A stretch of 64,000 nucleotides of DNA from Sodaliphilus sp. Its GTDB lineage: Bacteria; Bacillota_I; Bacilli_A; RFN20; CAG-826. Location: positions 40,142-104,141 of the forward strand of contig CAVIJE010000002.1 in the NCBI GenBank assembly GCA_963643355.1, given 5' to 3'. Both the position numbers and the translations under genes were made by a program. Below the pieces are notes generated by a model, which worked only from the letters and a program-made list of their open reading frames with translations, did not search any database and had not been told where the DNA came from. Below are positions 9,243 through 18,795 of the stretch, in pieces; position 1 is the first letter of the stretch; each line of letters starts with the position of its first letter.

Positions 9243-11225
9243 ATGTCTAATGTCAAAACCGAAAAAGAAATAGATGCTAAATCTATAAATACGATTCGTT
9301 GCTTGCTGCTTGATGAGATTCAAAAAGCCAATAGCGGCCATCCAGGAATGGCATTAGATATAGCGCCTGCTATGTATGTGCTTTATAAATACCATTTAGT
9401 TGCAGACCCTAAGCATCCCGAATGGATAAATCGCGATCGTTTCGTTCTTTCTAGCGGACACAATAGCGCTCTTCTTTATGCGATGTTGCACGTGGCTGGA
9501 TATGATGTAACAATCGATGATTTGAAGGCTTTCAGACAATTAAACAGCAGGACTCCTGGTCACCCAGAAATTCATCAAACTGCAGGAGTTGATGCGACAG
9601 CTGGGCCTCTTGGACAAGGAATCGCCCAAGCTGTTGGCATGGCGATGGCCGAAGAAAAGTTACGTGCAACTTACAAAGATGGCGAGAAAATAATGTCTCA
9701 CTACACATATTGCCTATGTGGCGATGGGTGTCTTGAAGAGGGAATTTCCCAAGAAGCCATCTCGTTTGCTGGCCATCAGCAACTTAACAAGCTGATTCTT
9801 ATTTACGATCAAAACACCTCAACTTTAGATGGGCCAACTTCGAATTCTATGAGCGAAGATGAAATAAAACGTTTCGAGGCTTGCGGTTGGAACGCTTTGG
9901 AAGTATCTGACGGAAATGATTTGATTGCAATAAATGAAGCCATTACAAAAGCCAAATCTTCTTCTAAGCCAACGATGATTCTTCTTCATACGTTTATTGG
10001 CTATGGAAGCGCTAATGAAGGTTCTTGTAAAACTCATGGTTCACCATTAAAAGCCGACGATTACGAGAAAACAACTAGTAAATTCCTTGCTGATCATACG
10101 CCTTTCCAAGTCGACGACGATGTTTATGAGAATTTGGCTACTAGCTTTGCTAAACGTGGTGAAGAAGCATATAAGCAACATGAAAAAAATCTCAATGAAT
10201 ACAAGAGAACAAACCCAAAAGAATATATAGATTTCATCAATGGGTTTAACAGAAATATAACTGGTTACGATCTCGTCTCCCCGACTTTAAAAGAAAGCGA
10301 GGCAACAAGAAATTCTTCGGAAAGATTCTTGCTTGAAATAGTCGATAAGATTCCGTTCACATTTGGCGGAAGCGCTGACGTTGCTTCCTCCGTTAAGACT
10401 AATATTCCGTCCGATTTAGGATTTTCCAAAGAGCATAGAGACGCAAAAAACATTAATTTTGGCATTCGCGAATTCTTTATGGCAGCCGCACAAAATGGAA
10501 TTTTGCTCCATGGGGGACTTATAACGTACGTTGGCTCCTTTATGGTTTTTAGCGATTATTTCAAAAATGCGATTAGAATGGCTTCCCTAGAAGAAGTTCC
10601 AGCTATATATTTGCTTTCTCATGATTCGATAGCAGTTGGTGAAGATGGGCCAACTCACGAACCTATAGAGCAGTTAGCGTCATTAAGAACGATTCCTGGA
10701 ATCGATGTTATTCGTCCTTGTGATGATCGAGAAATGTTTGGTGCCTGGAAACTAGCTTTAGCGAGCAAAGACCATCCTACAGCGCTTATTTTAACGAGAC
10801 AAAATCTTCCGTTAGAAGATAATTCAAGCGAAGAAAAAGTGGCTGATGGTGCTTATTTAATCTCTAAGTCTCCAAAAGAAGCACAGTTCGAATTGATCGC
10901 TTCTGGGAGCGAGGTCTCTCTTGCTATCGACGTTCAAAAAATTCTCGAGGAAAAGCAAATCTATATTGACGTAATATCAATGCCTTCCACTAATAGATTC
11001 GACAAATTAGGGAAAGAGAAACAAAATAAGATATTAGCCTTGCCAAGAAGCAAACGCATCGCGCTTGAAATGGGAAGTGGAGATACATGGTATAAATATG
11101 CTGATAATGTAATATCCATCGATCAATTCGGACGTAGCGCCCCGGCAAAAGAAGTCCTTGCTTATTTCGGCTTTACAAAAGAGAATGTCGCCAAGAAGGT
11201 TGAAGATATCATTAAAGGTGAGTAA
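9243..11225 (+). CDS. tkt: Transketolase
   Basis: TPP-binding motifs SGHPGMALD and GDGCLEEG; 660 aa; SD GAAAGGAA upstream. Confidence 0.9.
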   Translation: MSNVKTEKEIDAKSINTIRCLLLDEIQKANSGHPGMALDIAPAMYVLYKYHLVADPKHPEWINRDRFVLSSGHNSALLYAMLHVAGYDVTIDDLKAFRQLNSRTPGHPEIHQTAGVDATAGPLGQGIAQAVGMAMAEEKLRATYKDGEKIMSHYTYCLCGDGCLEEGISQEAISFAGHQQLNKLILIYDQNTSTLDGPTSNSMSEDEIKRFEACGWNALEVSDGNDLIAINEAITKAKSSSKPTMILLHTFIGYGSANEGSCKTHGSPLKADDYEKTTSKFLADHTPFQVDDDVYENLATSFAKRGEEAYKQHEKNLNEYKRTNPKEYIDFINGFNRNITGYDLVSPTLKESEATRNSSERFLLEIVDKIPFTFGGSADVASSVKTNIPSDLGFSKEHRDAKNINFGIREFFMAAAQNGILLHGGLITYVGSFMVFSDYFKNAIRMASLEEVPAIYLLSHDSIAVGEDGPTHEPIEQLASLRTIPGIDVIRPCDDREMFGAWKLALASKDHPTALILTRQNLPLEDNSSEEKVADGAYLISKSPKEAQFELIASGSEVSLAIDVQKILEEKQIYIDVISMPSTNRFDKLGKEKQNKILALPRSKRIALEMGSGDTWYKYADNVISIDQFGRSAPAKEVLAYFGFTKENVAKKVEDIIKGE

Positions 11226-11234
11226 AATAATTTT

Positions 11235-11582
11235 ATGAGTAGAGATTACTATTATTTAAACAATTATAGCAGCCGCGGGAAAATGGGGATTTCGCACAAG
11301 GCTTTTACGACTATTGTCGAAACGGCGACGAATAATGTCGTTGGCGCTTCCGTAAACAATAAACGCAAAAAAACAACGCTCTTTCAAATGAAGAATCCAG
11401 TAAAGGTTGCTTTCAGAAAAGATGGAAAATTAGACATTTTAATTGATGTTTCCATCAAAAAAGGCACGCCAGTTGAATCAGTTTGCTCAAATATTCAAAA
11501 CAATGTTGCCGACGCCTTGATGATGATGTGCGAAACGATACCTTTCAACATTAGAATCAAAGTTTCTTCGATACTTTCTTAA
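11235..11582 (+). CDS. Asp23/Gls24-family (alkaline shock-like) protein
   Basis: The pattern GKMGISHKAFTTIVETATNNVVG resembles the Asp23 family N-terminus. Position directly upstream of nusB, as yqhY is in Bacillota. Confidence 0.7.
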   Translation: MSRDYYYLNNYSSRGKMGISHKAFTTIVETATNNVVGASVNNKRKKTTLFQMKNPVKVAFRKDGKLDILIDVSIKKGTPVESVCSNIQNNVADALMMMCETIPFNIRIKVSSILS

Positions 11583-11586
11583 TAAC

Positions 11587-11611
11587 AACGCTCTTTTGGA
11601 GCGTTTTTTTT
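11587..11611 (+). terminator. Intrinsic terminator after asp23-like gene
   Basis: AACGCTC / GAGCGTT stem with a 5-nt loop followed by T8. Confidence 0.8.
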
Positions 11612-11716
11612 GTAAATTCCGATTCCCTAAGAGTTTTTCGCTATTCCTATAAGCTTTCATTTGTTGTAAACTTTTAGAGTTCGAAAACGAACGATTGATC
11701 TTTAAGAGGTAAAATT

Positions 11717-12133
11717 ATGAACCGTAAACAAGCAGAAGAAAAAACAATATTCATTATCTATGACATTCTACTTTATACGGAAATGGGGAGAACTGTTGAT
11801 GTAGAAGACGTGATTTCTTCTATTTGCGAAGTTCCTTACGAAAAAGCCGATACATTCGTAAAAAGAATGACGATTGCCTCCATCAAACATCTTGATGAAA
11901 TCGTTCCTGAGTTTGAAAAATATATGCGTGGATGGACTTGGAAGAGAATAGACCATCTCGAGCAAGCTTTATTTTTATATTGTTATTGCCATTTCTTTTA
12001 TGATGTTGAGGAAGTTAGCAAAAACATCATTATCAACGTTGCCGTTGAATTCGCTAAGAATTACCTAGATCCAAAAGCCAAAGGCTTCGTAAATGCGATA
12101 TTAGACAAGGTTCTCGTAAAAAATGCTCAATAA
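11717..12133 (+). CDS. nusB: Transcription antitermination factor NusB
   Basis: 138 aa all-helical protein in the conserved asp23-nusB-xseA position; SD AAGAGG upstream. Confidence 0.85.
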   Translation: MNRKQAEEKTIFIIYDILLYTEMGRTVDVEDVISSICEVPYEKADTFVKRMTIASIKHLDEIVPEFEKYMRGWTWKRIDHLEQALFLYCYCHFFYDVEEVSKNIIINVAVEFAKNYLDPKAKGFVNAILDKVLVKNAQ

Positions 12134-13334
12134 TGAGAATATTCCGTTTATTTCTGTCACCGCTCTAAATACGATAGTTAAGCTTAAATTAGAAGGCGAC
12201 AGCGATCTTAGAGGCCTTTATGTAAAAGGTGAAATAAGCAACTGGAAAATATATCGAAGCGGCGTATTCTTTGATTTAAAAGATGAAAACGGTAGCGTCA
12301 TATCGTGTTTGATATGGACAAATAACGTATCGAAATTATCATTTGTACCAAAAAACGGCGATGAAGTTATAGTTTATGGAAACATCAATGTTTATGCGGC
12401 TAGAGGGCAATATAAACTTCAGGTGTTCACTTTATTTTTGTACGGATACGGTGCGTCGCTTATCGCTTTAGAAACCTTGAAAAAGAAATTGGCGGCAGAA
12501 GGAATTTTTGACGAAGAAAGAAAGAGACCGATCCCAAAGATTCCTAACGTTATAGGGATAATAGTTGGGAAAAACAGCGCTGCCGAATCGGATTTAAGAA
12601 AAAATATCACTCGGAGATGGCCTCTTGCCGAGATTAGATTCTTTTATGCACAAGTTCAAGGAGCCGATGCGCCTAAAAGCCTCATTAAAGCTCTAGATGA
12701 AGCGAAATCCTGCGATGATATAGATACGTTAATTGTTGCCCGCGGTGGTGGCTCTAATGAAGATTTATCGGCTTTTAATGACGAAAACGTTATTAGAGCG
12801 TTTGCTCAATGTCCTTTCCCTTTTATTTCGGCGGTCGGTCATGAAATTGATGTGACTTTAATTGATTATGTGGCTGATAAAAGAGTTTCTACGCCAACAG
12901 CAGCCGCAGAAGTGGCAACGCCAAATCAAGATGATATTCGTGAATATTTGCTAGGGTATGAGAAAACTTTAAAAGATGATATTGATAAAAAAATAAGCGA
13001 TTATCGAACGAAAATAGAATTTTTAAGCAAAAGACCGTTCTTCTTGAAACCATCATCAATATATTCTGATATGAAGAAAGAAGTACTTGATAAAAGTTCT
13101 ATGTTAGCAAAAACGTTGAGAAACATGCTTATTTCGGAAAAAAACAACGTTAACGCTTTAGAAAAACGATTAAATTCATGCAATCCCGATAACATTGTGA
13201 AAAAAGGATTCTCGATTACAACAGACGAAAAAGGGAATCCGTTAACATCCGTAAAAAAGATAAAAGAAGGGCAAACGATTAAAACCAAATTAAAAGATGG
13301 TATAATATCGTCTGAAGTCCTTAGAAAGGAATGA
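12123..13334 (+). CDS. xseA: Exodeoxyribonuclease VII large subunit
   Basis: N-terminal OB fold, motif VARGGGSNEDL, followed by xseB. Ends in TGA. Confidence 0.9.
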   Translation: MLNNENIPFISVTALNTIVKLKLEGDSDLRGLYVKGEISNWKIYRSGVFFDLKDENGSVISCLIWTNNVSKLSFVPKNGDEVIVYGNINVYAARGQYKLQVFTLFLYGYGASLIALETLKKKLAAEGIFDEERKRPIPKIPNVIGIIVGKNSAAESDLRKNITRRWPLAEIRFFYAQVQGADAPKSLIKALDEAKSCDDIDTLIVARGGGSNEDLSAFNDENVIRAFAQCPFPFISAVGHEIDVTLIDYVADKRVSTPTAAAEVATPNQDDIREYLLGYEKTLKDDIDKKISDYRTKIEFLSKRPFFLKPSSIYSDMKKEVLDKSSMLAKTLRNMLISEKNNVNALEKRLNSCNPDNIVKKGFSITTDEKGNPLTSVKKIKEGQTIKTKLKDGIISSEVLRKE

Positions 13335-13337
13335 CGA

Positions 13338-13532
13338 ATGGAAAAAGGAAAGACCTTTAAAGACAAGATGGATCGTTTGAACGAAATCGTCGATAAAGTA
13401 GAAAATTCCGTTCTTTCTTTAGAAGAATCACTCAAACTTTATGAGGAAGGAATGAATTTAATTAAAGATTTAACGTCTACTTTAGATGAAGCGGAAAAGA
13501 AAGTTGAAAAACTTACGATTAAATCTAATTAA
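13338..13532 (+). CDS. xseB: Exodeoxyribonuclease VII small subunit
   Basis: 64-aa helical protein with LEESLKLYEEG motif, 3 nt after xseA. Confidence 0.85.
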   Translation: MEKGKTFKDKMDRLNEIVDKVENSVLSLEESLKLYEEGMNLIKDLTSTLDEAEKKVEKLTIKSN

Positions 13533-13555
13533 ATAATATTTATTAAAGTTGTTAT

Positions 13556-13584
13556 TTAGTAGTAAATTAGTAGTTGTTTAGTAT
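13556..13584 (+). repeat. Three 11-bp-phased direct repeats TTAGTAG / TTAGTAG / TTAGTAT upstream of dxs
   Basis: Copies start at 13556, 13567 and 13578. Confidence 0.7.
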
Positions 13585-13590
13585 AATAAA

Positions 13591-15396
13591 ATGAATAAAT
13601 TCGATCTTAAAAACATAAAAGAACCAAGTTTTGTAAAGAATCTCGACTATGATTCCTTAAACTCTTTAGCGAAGGAGATTAGAGATGAGATAATTAAGGA
13701 TTCTTCGATAAATGGTGGCCATCTTTCAAGTAATTTGGGGATTGTCGAAATAACGATTTCCTTATATAGAATTTTCGATTTTCCAAATGATAAATTGCTT
13801 TTTGACGTGGGCCATCAATGCTATGCCCACAAGATTTTAACAGGAAGAGACCTTTCAAGATTGAATTGTTCCGACGGCCCCGCGGGTTTTATAAAGAGGA
13901 GAGAGTCAGTTTACGACTGCTTTGAGGCGGGTCATAGTTCAACGGCGCTTTCCGCAGCTGAAGCTTTTGCGATTGCTAGAGACTTAAAAAATGAGCGTCA
14001 TGAAGTTGTGGCTGTGGTTGGCGACTCCTCGTTAGCAAACGGACTTTCATTTGAAGCTTTAAACAATATTGTTTCTAGAAAAAATAAAGTTATTATCGTA
14101 TTAAACGACAATAATATGTCCATTTCTAAGCCAGTTGGAGGATTGAACAATTCATTAAGACAACTGTCGCCTTATTATAAAAAAGATACGTCAAACAGCG
14201 TCTTGCATGACGAAAACGATTCTTCCTTTAATATATTCGAAAATATAGGTCTTGAATATATAGGCCCGGTTAATGGTCATGACATTAAGGCTCTTGATAA
14301 GGCTTTTTCTAAAGCAAAACAATCAAAAAAGTCCGTTATCGTGCATGCTTACACTAAAAAAGGCAAAGGCTATAAATTTGCTGAAGAAGATGATAGCGGT
14401 GATTGGCATCACGTCGATTCTTTTGATATCGATACCGGAAAACCGATTAATTCGCATGAAGGCAAGATATCTTTATCAAAATACATCGGTGATACTACTA
14501 GCGATATTTTGAAGAAAAACGATAATACGGTATTAATTACGCCTGCGATGATCAAAGGAAGCTGTTTGGAGAAGGCTTTTGAAGAAAATCCGACTAAATG
14601 CTTCGATTTAGGAATTTCCGAGGAACATGCCGCTGTTTTTGCAGGATCAATCGCCATGACCGGGATTCATCCTATCCTTTGCATGTATTCAACTTTTTTG
14701 CAAAGAGCTTATGATGAAATATCACATGATTGCGCAAGAATTAACGCCGATATGACAATACTTGTCGATAAAGTAGGGCTGATTGGCAAAACTGGTGATA
14801 CGCATATGGGTATATATGACGAAGCCTTCTTGAATAGTATCCCAAACGTAACGATTTCCATGCCATCAGATATAAGCGAGGCAAAAGCTTTGTTGTCTAT
14901 GTCCTTAGAAAAAGGCAGAGGAGTTTTTGCCATTAGATACCTAGGATCTTTTGAAGACGATAAAAAAATCGATAACATCGAAGAAAAAATAGAATTCTCC
15001 AAATGGAAAATCGTTCATAAAGGGAACGATAAATCACTAGCGATTATCGCCGTCGGACCACACGGAAAAGAATTGTTTGGGAGGATTTTAGACGATAATA
15101 AATTCGATGGATTGTTGGTTAACGCAATCTTCCAAAATCCCCTTGATACAGAAATTTTATCTGAAATTTCTAACTATAAAACCATCATTCTTTACGATGC
15201 TTACGGAACGGTGAATGGTTTTACCAATTCAGTAAAAAATTACCTATTTGATATTAAATTCTCTGGTGACTTTTTCTCGTTTTCCTTGCCAAACGCTTTC
15301 ATTGAGCACGACACTTTAGAAAATCAAGAAAATAAATTCGGTGTATCGGTAAATTATGTTTTCGATTTCATCGATAAAAATCATTATTTTTGTTAA
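13591..15396 (+). CDS. dxs: 1-deoxy-D-xylulose-5-phosphate synthase
   Basis: Motifs GGHLSSNLG and GHQCYAHKILTGR; TPP-binding GDSSLANG; conserved position after xseAB. Confidence 0.9.
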   Translation: MNKFDLKNIKEPSFVKNLDYDSLNSLAKEIRDEIIKDSSINGGHLSSNLGIVEITISLYRIFDFPNDKLLFDVGHQCYAHKILTGRDLSRLNCSDGPAGFIKRRESVYDCFEAGHSSTALSAAEAFAIARDLKNERHEVVAVVGDSSLANGLSFEALNNIVSRKNKVIIVLNDNNMSISKPVGGLNNSLRQLSPYYKKDTSNSVLHDENDSSFNIFENIGLEYIGPVNGHDIKALDKAFSKAKQSKKSVIVHAYTKKGKGYKFAEEDDSGDWHHVDSFDIDTGKPINSHEGKISLSKYIGDTTSDILKKNDNTVLITPAMIKGSCLEKAFEENPTKCFDLGISEEHAAVFAGSIAMTGIHPILCMYSTFLQRAYDEISHDCARINADMTILVDKVGLIGKTGDTHMGIYDEAFLNSIPNVTISMPSDISEAKALLSMSLEKGRGVFAIRYLGSFEDDKKIDNIEEKIEFSKWKIVHKGNDKSLAIIAVGPHGKELFGRILDDNKFDGLLVNAIFQNPLDTEILSEISNYKTIILYDAYGTVNGFTNSVKNYLFDIKFSGDFFSFSLPNAFIEHDTLENQENKFGVSVNYVFDFIDKNHYFC

Positions 15397-15422
15397 CATT
15401 TATTAACGATTAAAAATATAAT
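15393..15422 (+). promoter_or_regulatory. dinB promoter; ATG 6 nt after the -10 (leaderless candidate)
   Basis: TTAACA (15393..15398), 18 nt, TATAAT (15417..15422), ATG at 15429. No SD. Confidence 0.6.
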
Positions 15423-15428
15423 ATAGAC

Positions 15429-16619
15429 ATGAGCAAGGTTATAATGCACATCGACCTTAATGCGTTTTTTGCGACATGCGAAGAAATTAAGAATCCAGCA
15501 TTAATCGATAAACCGGTAATAGTGTGTTCAGAATCTTCAAGGGGAGTCGTATCAACGGCCTCATACGAAGCGAGAAAATACGGAGTTCATTCCGCTATGC
15601 CGTATTTTGAGGCGAAAAAAATATGTCCTAATGGCGTTTTCGTTAAACCTGATTTCGGTTTTTACGAAATGATGTCGCGTTCTTTTTTCTCTTTTTTGAA
15701 ACGCTATTCACTAATAATCGAGGAGGCGTCAATCGATGAGGGATACGTCGACATGAGTGAGGCTTGCAAAAATATTTCCGATCCCGAAGAATACTTCAGA
15801 AAAATAATCTTAGATTTAAAAAACGAAACAGGTTTAAAATGCTCGATAGGCGTTGCCCCGACAAAATTTTTAGCCAAAATGGCCAGTGACATGAAAAAAC
15901 CGATGGGGGTTACGATCATTTATCGAAGAAACATCAATGATATGCTTTACCCATTGCCAATCGAGGCTTTTTTCGGGATCGGAAGAAAAACCGCTTTGAA
16001 ACTAAATGAAAAAGGAATCAAAACGATTGGAGATCTCAAAAAAGAAATCGATCTCGAAAACGAGGAAATAAGAAAAATATTCGGTAAATCGTACATTAAT
16101 ATCAAGAAAGAGATAAACGGTTATGGCGATGATGAGGTTGATTCAACTCAGCACGATCCTAAATCCTTAGGCCATAGCGAAACATTCCCTTTCGATACGA
16201 ACGACACTTATTTTATCGAAACAAAAATAAAAGAGCTTTCTTACGAGATTGCCGAAGGAATAAAAAGAGACAAAAGAAAAGGCAAAAACATCGTTTTAAC
16301 CGTTAAAGATTCAGATTTTAAGATCCATAGCAAATCCATTTCTCTAAGTGAAGGAACTGATGATAGGGATGAGATTTATGCGACAGCCGTAAAATTATAC
16401 GAGCGAAACTATTTAGGCATGGTTATCAGACTTGTTGGTGTCACGATACAGTCTTTATATAATCCTTACGAAGAGACGACTCAAATGAATTTTTGGAATT
16501 TTTCCGATTATGAGGAAATGGACAAAACTAAATTGTTAGTTAGCGATTTAAATAGAAAAATGAAAACTCCGGCTTTAAAGTTGGCAAATGAGGTAAAACA
16601 GAAAAATGGAAATAAATGA
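15429..16619 (+). CDS. dinB: DNA polymerase IV (Y-family)
   Basis: N-terminus MHIDLNAFFATCE, SIDEGYVD catalytic motif, little-finger region. Confidence 0.9.
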   Translation: MSKVIMHIDLNAFFATCEEIKNPALIDKPVIVCSESSRGVVSTASYEARKYGVHSAMPYFEAKKICPNGVFVKPDFGFYEMMSRSFFSFLKRYSLIIEEASIDEGYVDMSEACKNISDPEEYFRKIILDLKNETGLKCSIGVAPTKFLAKMASDMKKPMGVTIIYRRNINDMLYPLPIEAFFGIGRKTALKLNEKGIKTIGDLKKEIDLENEEIRKIFGKSYINIKKEINGYGDDEVDSTQHDPKSLGHSETFPFDTNDTYFIETKIKELSYEIAEGIKRDKRKGKNIVLTVKDSDFKIHSKSISLSEGTDDRDEIYATAVKLYERNYLGMVIRLVGVTIQSLYNPYEETTQMNFWNFSDYEEMDKTKLLVSDLNRKMKTPALKLANEVKQKNGNK

Positions 16620-17490
16620 ATCATTAGAGTTTTTCATAAAATACCTCCGTACGGAACGTGGAGTATCTGAGATAACGGTAAAAAATTACCGTGAAGACTT
16701 CAAAATATTTCTTGAGAATTTTCCTGACATCAAAGATACAGCCGATCTTGATGGAAACATGCTCCAAGAATTCGTTATTAAGCAAGATGAATTGTCTAGA
16801 TCATCCTCGACGATTTTAAGGAGATTCAGTTTTTTAAAAAATTATTTTTCTTTTTTGCAAGACGAAAATCTTTTTGAAGGAGAGTTACCGCAAGTTGATA
16901 AGCCTAAATCATCAAAAAGGCTCCCATTCGTGCTCTCAAACGAAGAAGTTGATGAGTTATTGGATGCGCCAGACATAACAAAAGATAACGGAATGAGGGA
17001 CAAGGCGATGCTAGAGTTGATGTACGCAACAGGACTACGCGTCTCCGAATTGCTTTCTTTGCAGTTTAAAAACGTGAATATGCAAAACGCGATGATTAAG
17101 GTTTATGGCAAAGGAAACAAAGAAAGAAACGTGCCAATTTCGGACTTTGCGATGGAATATTTAAGAAAATATATCGATGGGCCTAGAAAAAGGAATGTTG
17201 GAGCCAAGAAAACCCAACTAATATTTTTGAATAGAGATGGAAAAGAAATATCAAGAACGTATTTTTATATGCAAATTAAGCGTTATGCCGAACAAAAAGG
17301 CATCGACAATTCCGTTTCGCCTCATACGTTAAGACATTGTTTTGCGACTCATCTGTTGGAGAATGGTGCCTCGTTACGGGCCGTTCAAGAGATGTTAGGA
17401 CACGCAAATGTTGCAACAACCCAAATTTATACCGAAGTTTCAAGCAAACGAATTATGTCGGCATATGATTTGTATGCCAGCCGAAAATAA
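16606..17490 (+). CDS. xerD: Tyrosine recombinase XerD-like
   Basis: The motif TGLRVSEL and the C-terminal segment HTLRHCFATHLLENGASLRAVQEMLGHANVATTQIYTEV are consistent with the R-H-R-Y catalytic set of tyrosine recombinases. Lies next to deoB, as I recall ripX-drm do in B. subtilis. Confidence 0.8.
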   Translation: MEINESLEFFIKYLRTERGVSEITVKNYREDFKIFLENFPDIKDTADLDGNMLQEFVIKQDELSRSSSTILRRFSFLKNYFSFLQDENLFEGELPQVDKPKSSKRLPFVLSNEEVDELLDAPDITKDNGMRDKAMLELMYATGLRVSELLSLQFKNVNMQNAMIKVYGKGNKERNVPISDFAMEYLRKYIDGPRKRNVGAKKTQLIFLNRDGKEISRTYFYMQIKRYAEQKGIDNSVSPHTLRHCFATHLLENGASLRAVQEMLGHANVATTQIYTEVSSKRIMSAYDLYASRK

Positions 17491-17544
17491 AATATAATTT
17501 AGTGTTAGAAAATGTTTTACCTTTTGCTAACAAAGGAGATAAAA

Positions 17545-18738
17545 ATGAAATTCAAAAGAATATTCTTGGTCGTTGCCGATAGCGCTGGGGTCGGAGAAGA
17601 ACCAGACGCGGATAAATTCGGCGATGTTGGCTCAAACACCTGGGCTCACGCTGCTGAATCTATTGGTGGCTTAAACGTTCCTTTCATGGAGAGTTTTGGA
17701 ATCGGCGAGCTTGATGATATAAAAGGTGTTAAATCAGTAAAAAATCACCGAAATAGTTATGCATTACGCTGCCGTGAGGCATCAAACGGAAAAGACACAT
17801 TGACAGGCCATTGGGAAATGATGGGAATTTTAACCAAAGAGCCATTTAAAACCTTTACGGATAATGGATTCCCAAAGGAACTTATTGATGAACTTGAAAG
17901 AAAAACTGGACATAAAATAATAGGCAATTATGCTTCAAGCGGAACAGAAATTCTAAAAGTTTTGGGCGAGGAACAAAAAAGAGACAATTCGCTAATTGTT
18001 TACACATCCTCGGATTCCGTGCTTCAAATTGCCGCTCATGAAGAAACAACGGGAATTAAAGAACTTTATCGCTGTTGCGAAATTGCCCGCGAAATATGCC
18101 TTAGACCAGAATATCGCGTTGGAAGAATCATCGCAAGACCATTCATCGGCGAAGACAAAAATACGTTTAAACGCACGGCAAATCGCCATGATTATGCCTT
18201 ACAACCTCCTCATAAGACCGATATGGAAATACTCAAAGATAATGGCTTTATGACGAGCTGTGTCGGAAAAATCTCTGATATATTCGATATGGCCGGCGTT
18301 ACAAAGACGGTTCATACGGTTTCTAATATGGATGGCATGGATAAAACTATCGAGCAAGTCAAAAACGATAATTGGGAGGGGCTTTGCTTCGTAAACCTCG
18401 TTGAATTTGACTCTGAATATGGCCACAGGAGAAATGCACCAGGCTATGCGAGAGCTTTAGAAGATTTCGATAAACGGGTCGGGGAAATGATGAAATTCAT
18501 GCGAGATGACGATTTACTAATGATAACTGCAGATCATGGCAATGACCCAACATTCAAAGGAACCGATCATACAAGAGAGAAAATACCGTTGCTTGTCTAT
18601 TCTCCAAGTATCAAAAATGGACGATATTTAGATGAACGAGCAACCTTCTCGGATATAGGCGCGACCATATTAAAGAACTTCGGGCTAACTAGAAGCGAAG
18701 AATTGATCGGCGACCCGATTGACGAAATTCTTGACTAA
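17545..18738 (+). CDS. deoB: Phosphopentomutase
   Basis: Motifs VVADSAGVGE and TADHGNDPT. SD AAAGGAG precedes the ATG at 17545; the track start 17512 has no SD. Confidence 0.9.
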   Translation: MKFKRIFLVVADSAGVGEEPDADKFGDVGSNTWAHAAESIGGLNVPFMESFGIGELDDIKGVKSVKNHRNSYALRCREASNGKDTLTGHWEMMGILTKEPFKTFTDNGFPKELIDELERKTGHKIIGNYASSGTEILKVLGEEQKRDNSLIVYTSSDSVLQIAAHEETTGIKELYRCCEIAREICLRPEYRVGRIIARPFIGEDKNTFKRTANRHDYALQPPHKTDMEILKDNGFMTSCVGKISDIFDMAGVTKTVHTVSNMDGMDKTIEQVKNDNWEGLCFVNLVEFDSEYGHRRNAPGYARALEDFDKRVGEMMKFMRDDDLLMITADHGNDPTFKGTDHTREKIPLLVYSPSIKNGRYLDERATFSDIGATILKNFGLTRSEELIGDPIDEILD

Positions 18739-18755
18739 ATATTGAATGGAAATTC

Positions 18756-18795
18756 AAAAAGATTGGAAATTTAAAATTCCAATCTTTTTATTTTT
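18756..18795 (+). terminator. Intrinsic terminator after deoB
   Basis: 13-bp stem AAAAAGATTGGAA / TTCCAATCTTTTT, 8-nt loop, then a T-rich run. Confidence 0.8.

Noticed and set aside
11679-11692. Perfect palindrome GTTCG-AAAA-CGAAC upstream of nusB, considered as a LexA (Cheo) box.
   Set aside because: The half-sites are in the wrong order relative to the CGAAC-N4-GTTCG consensus, and nusB is not an expected SOS gene. It is more likely a small hairpin or coincidence.
13332-13334. Possibility of Mycoplasma/Spiroplasma genetic code 4 (TGA = Trp), given the Mollicutes-like gene organisation.
   Set aside because: TGA terminates xseA exactly where xseB begins. All family-length ORFs close under the standard code, with Trp encoded by TGG.
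16606-17490. Tyrosine recombinase as marker of a prophage or integrative element.
   Set aside because: It overlaps dinB by 14 nt and sits in the conserved xerD-deoB context. There are no flanking att-like repeats, tRNA gene, phage genes or compositional shift. It is best read as chromosomal XerD.
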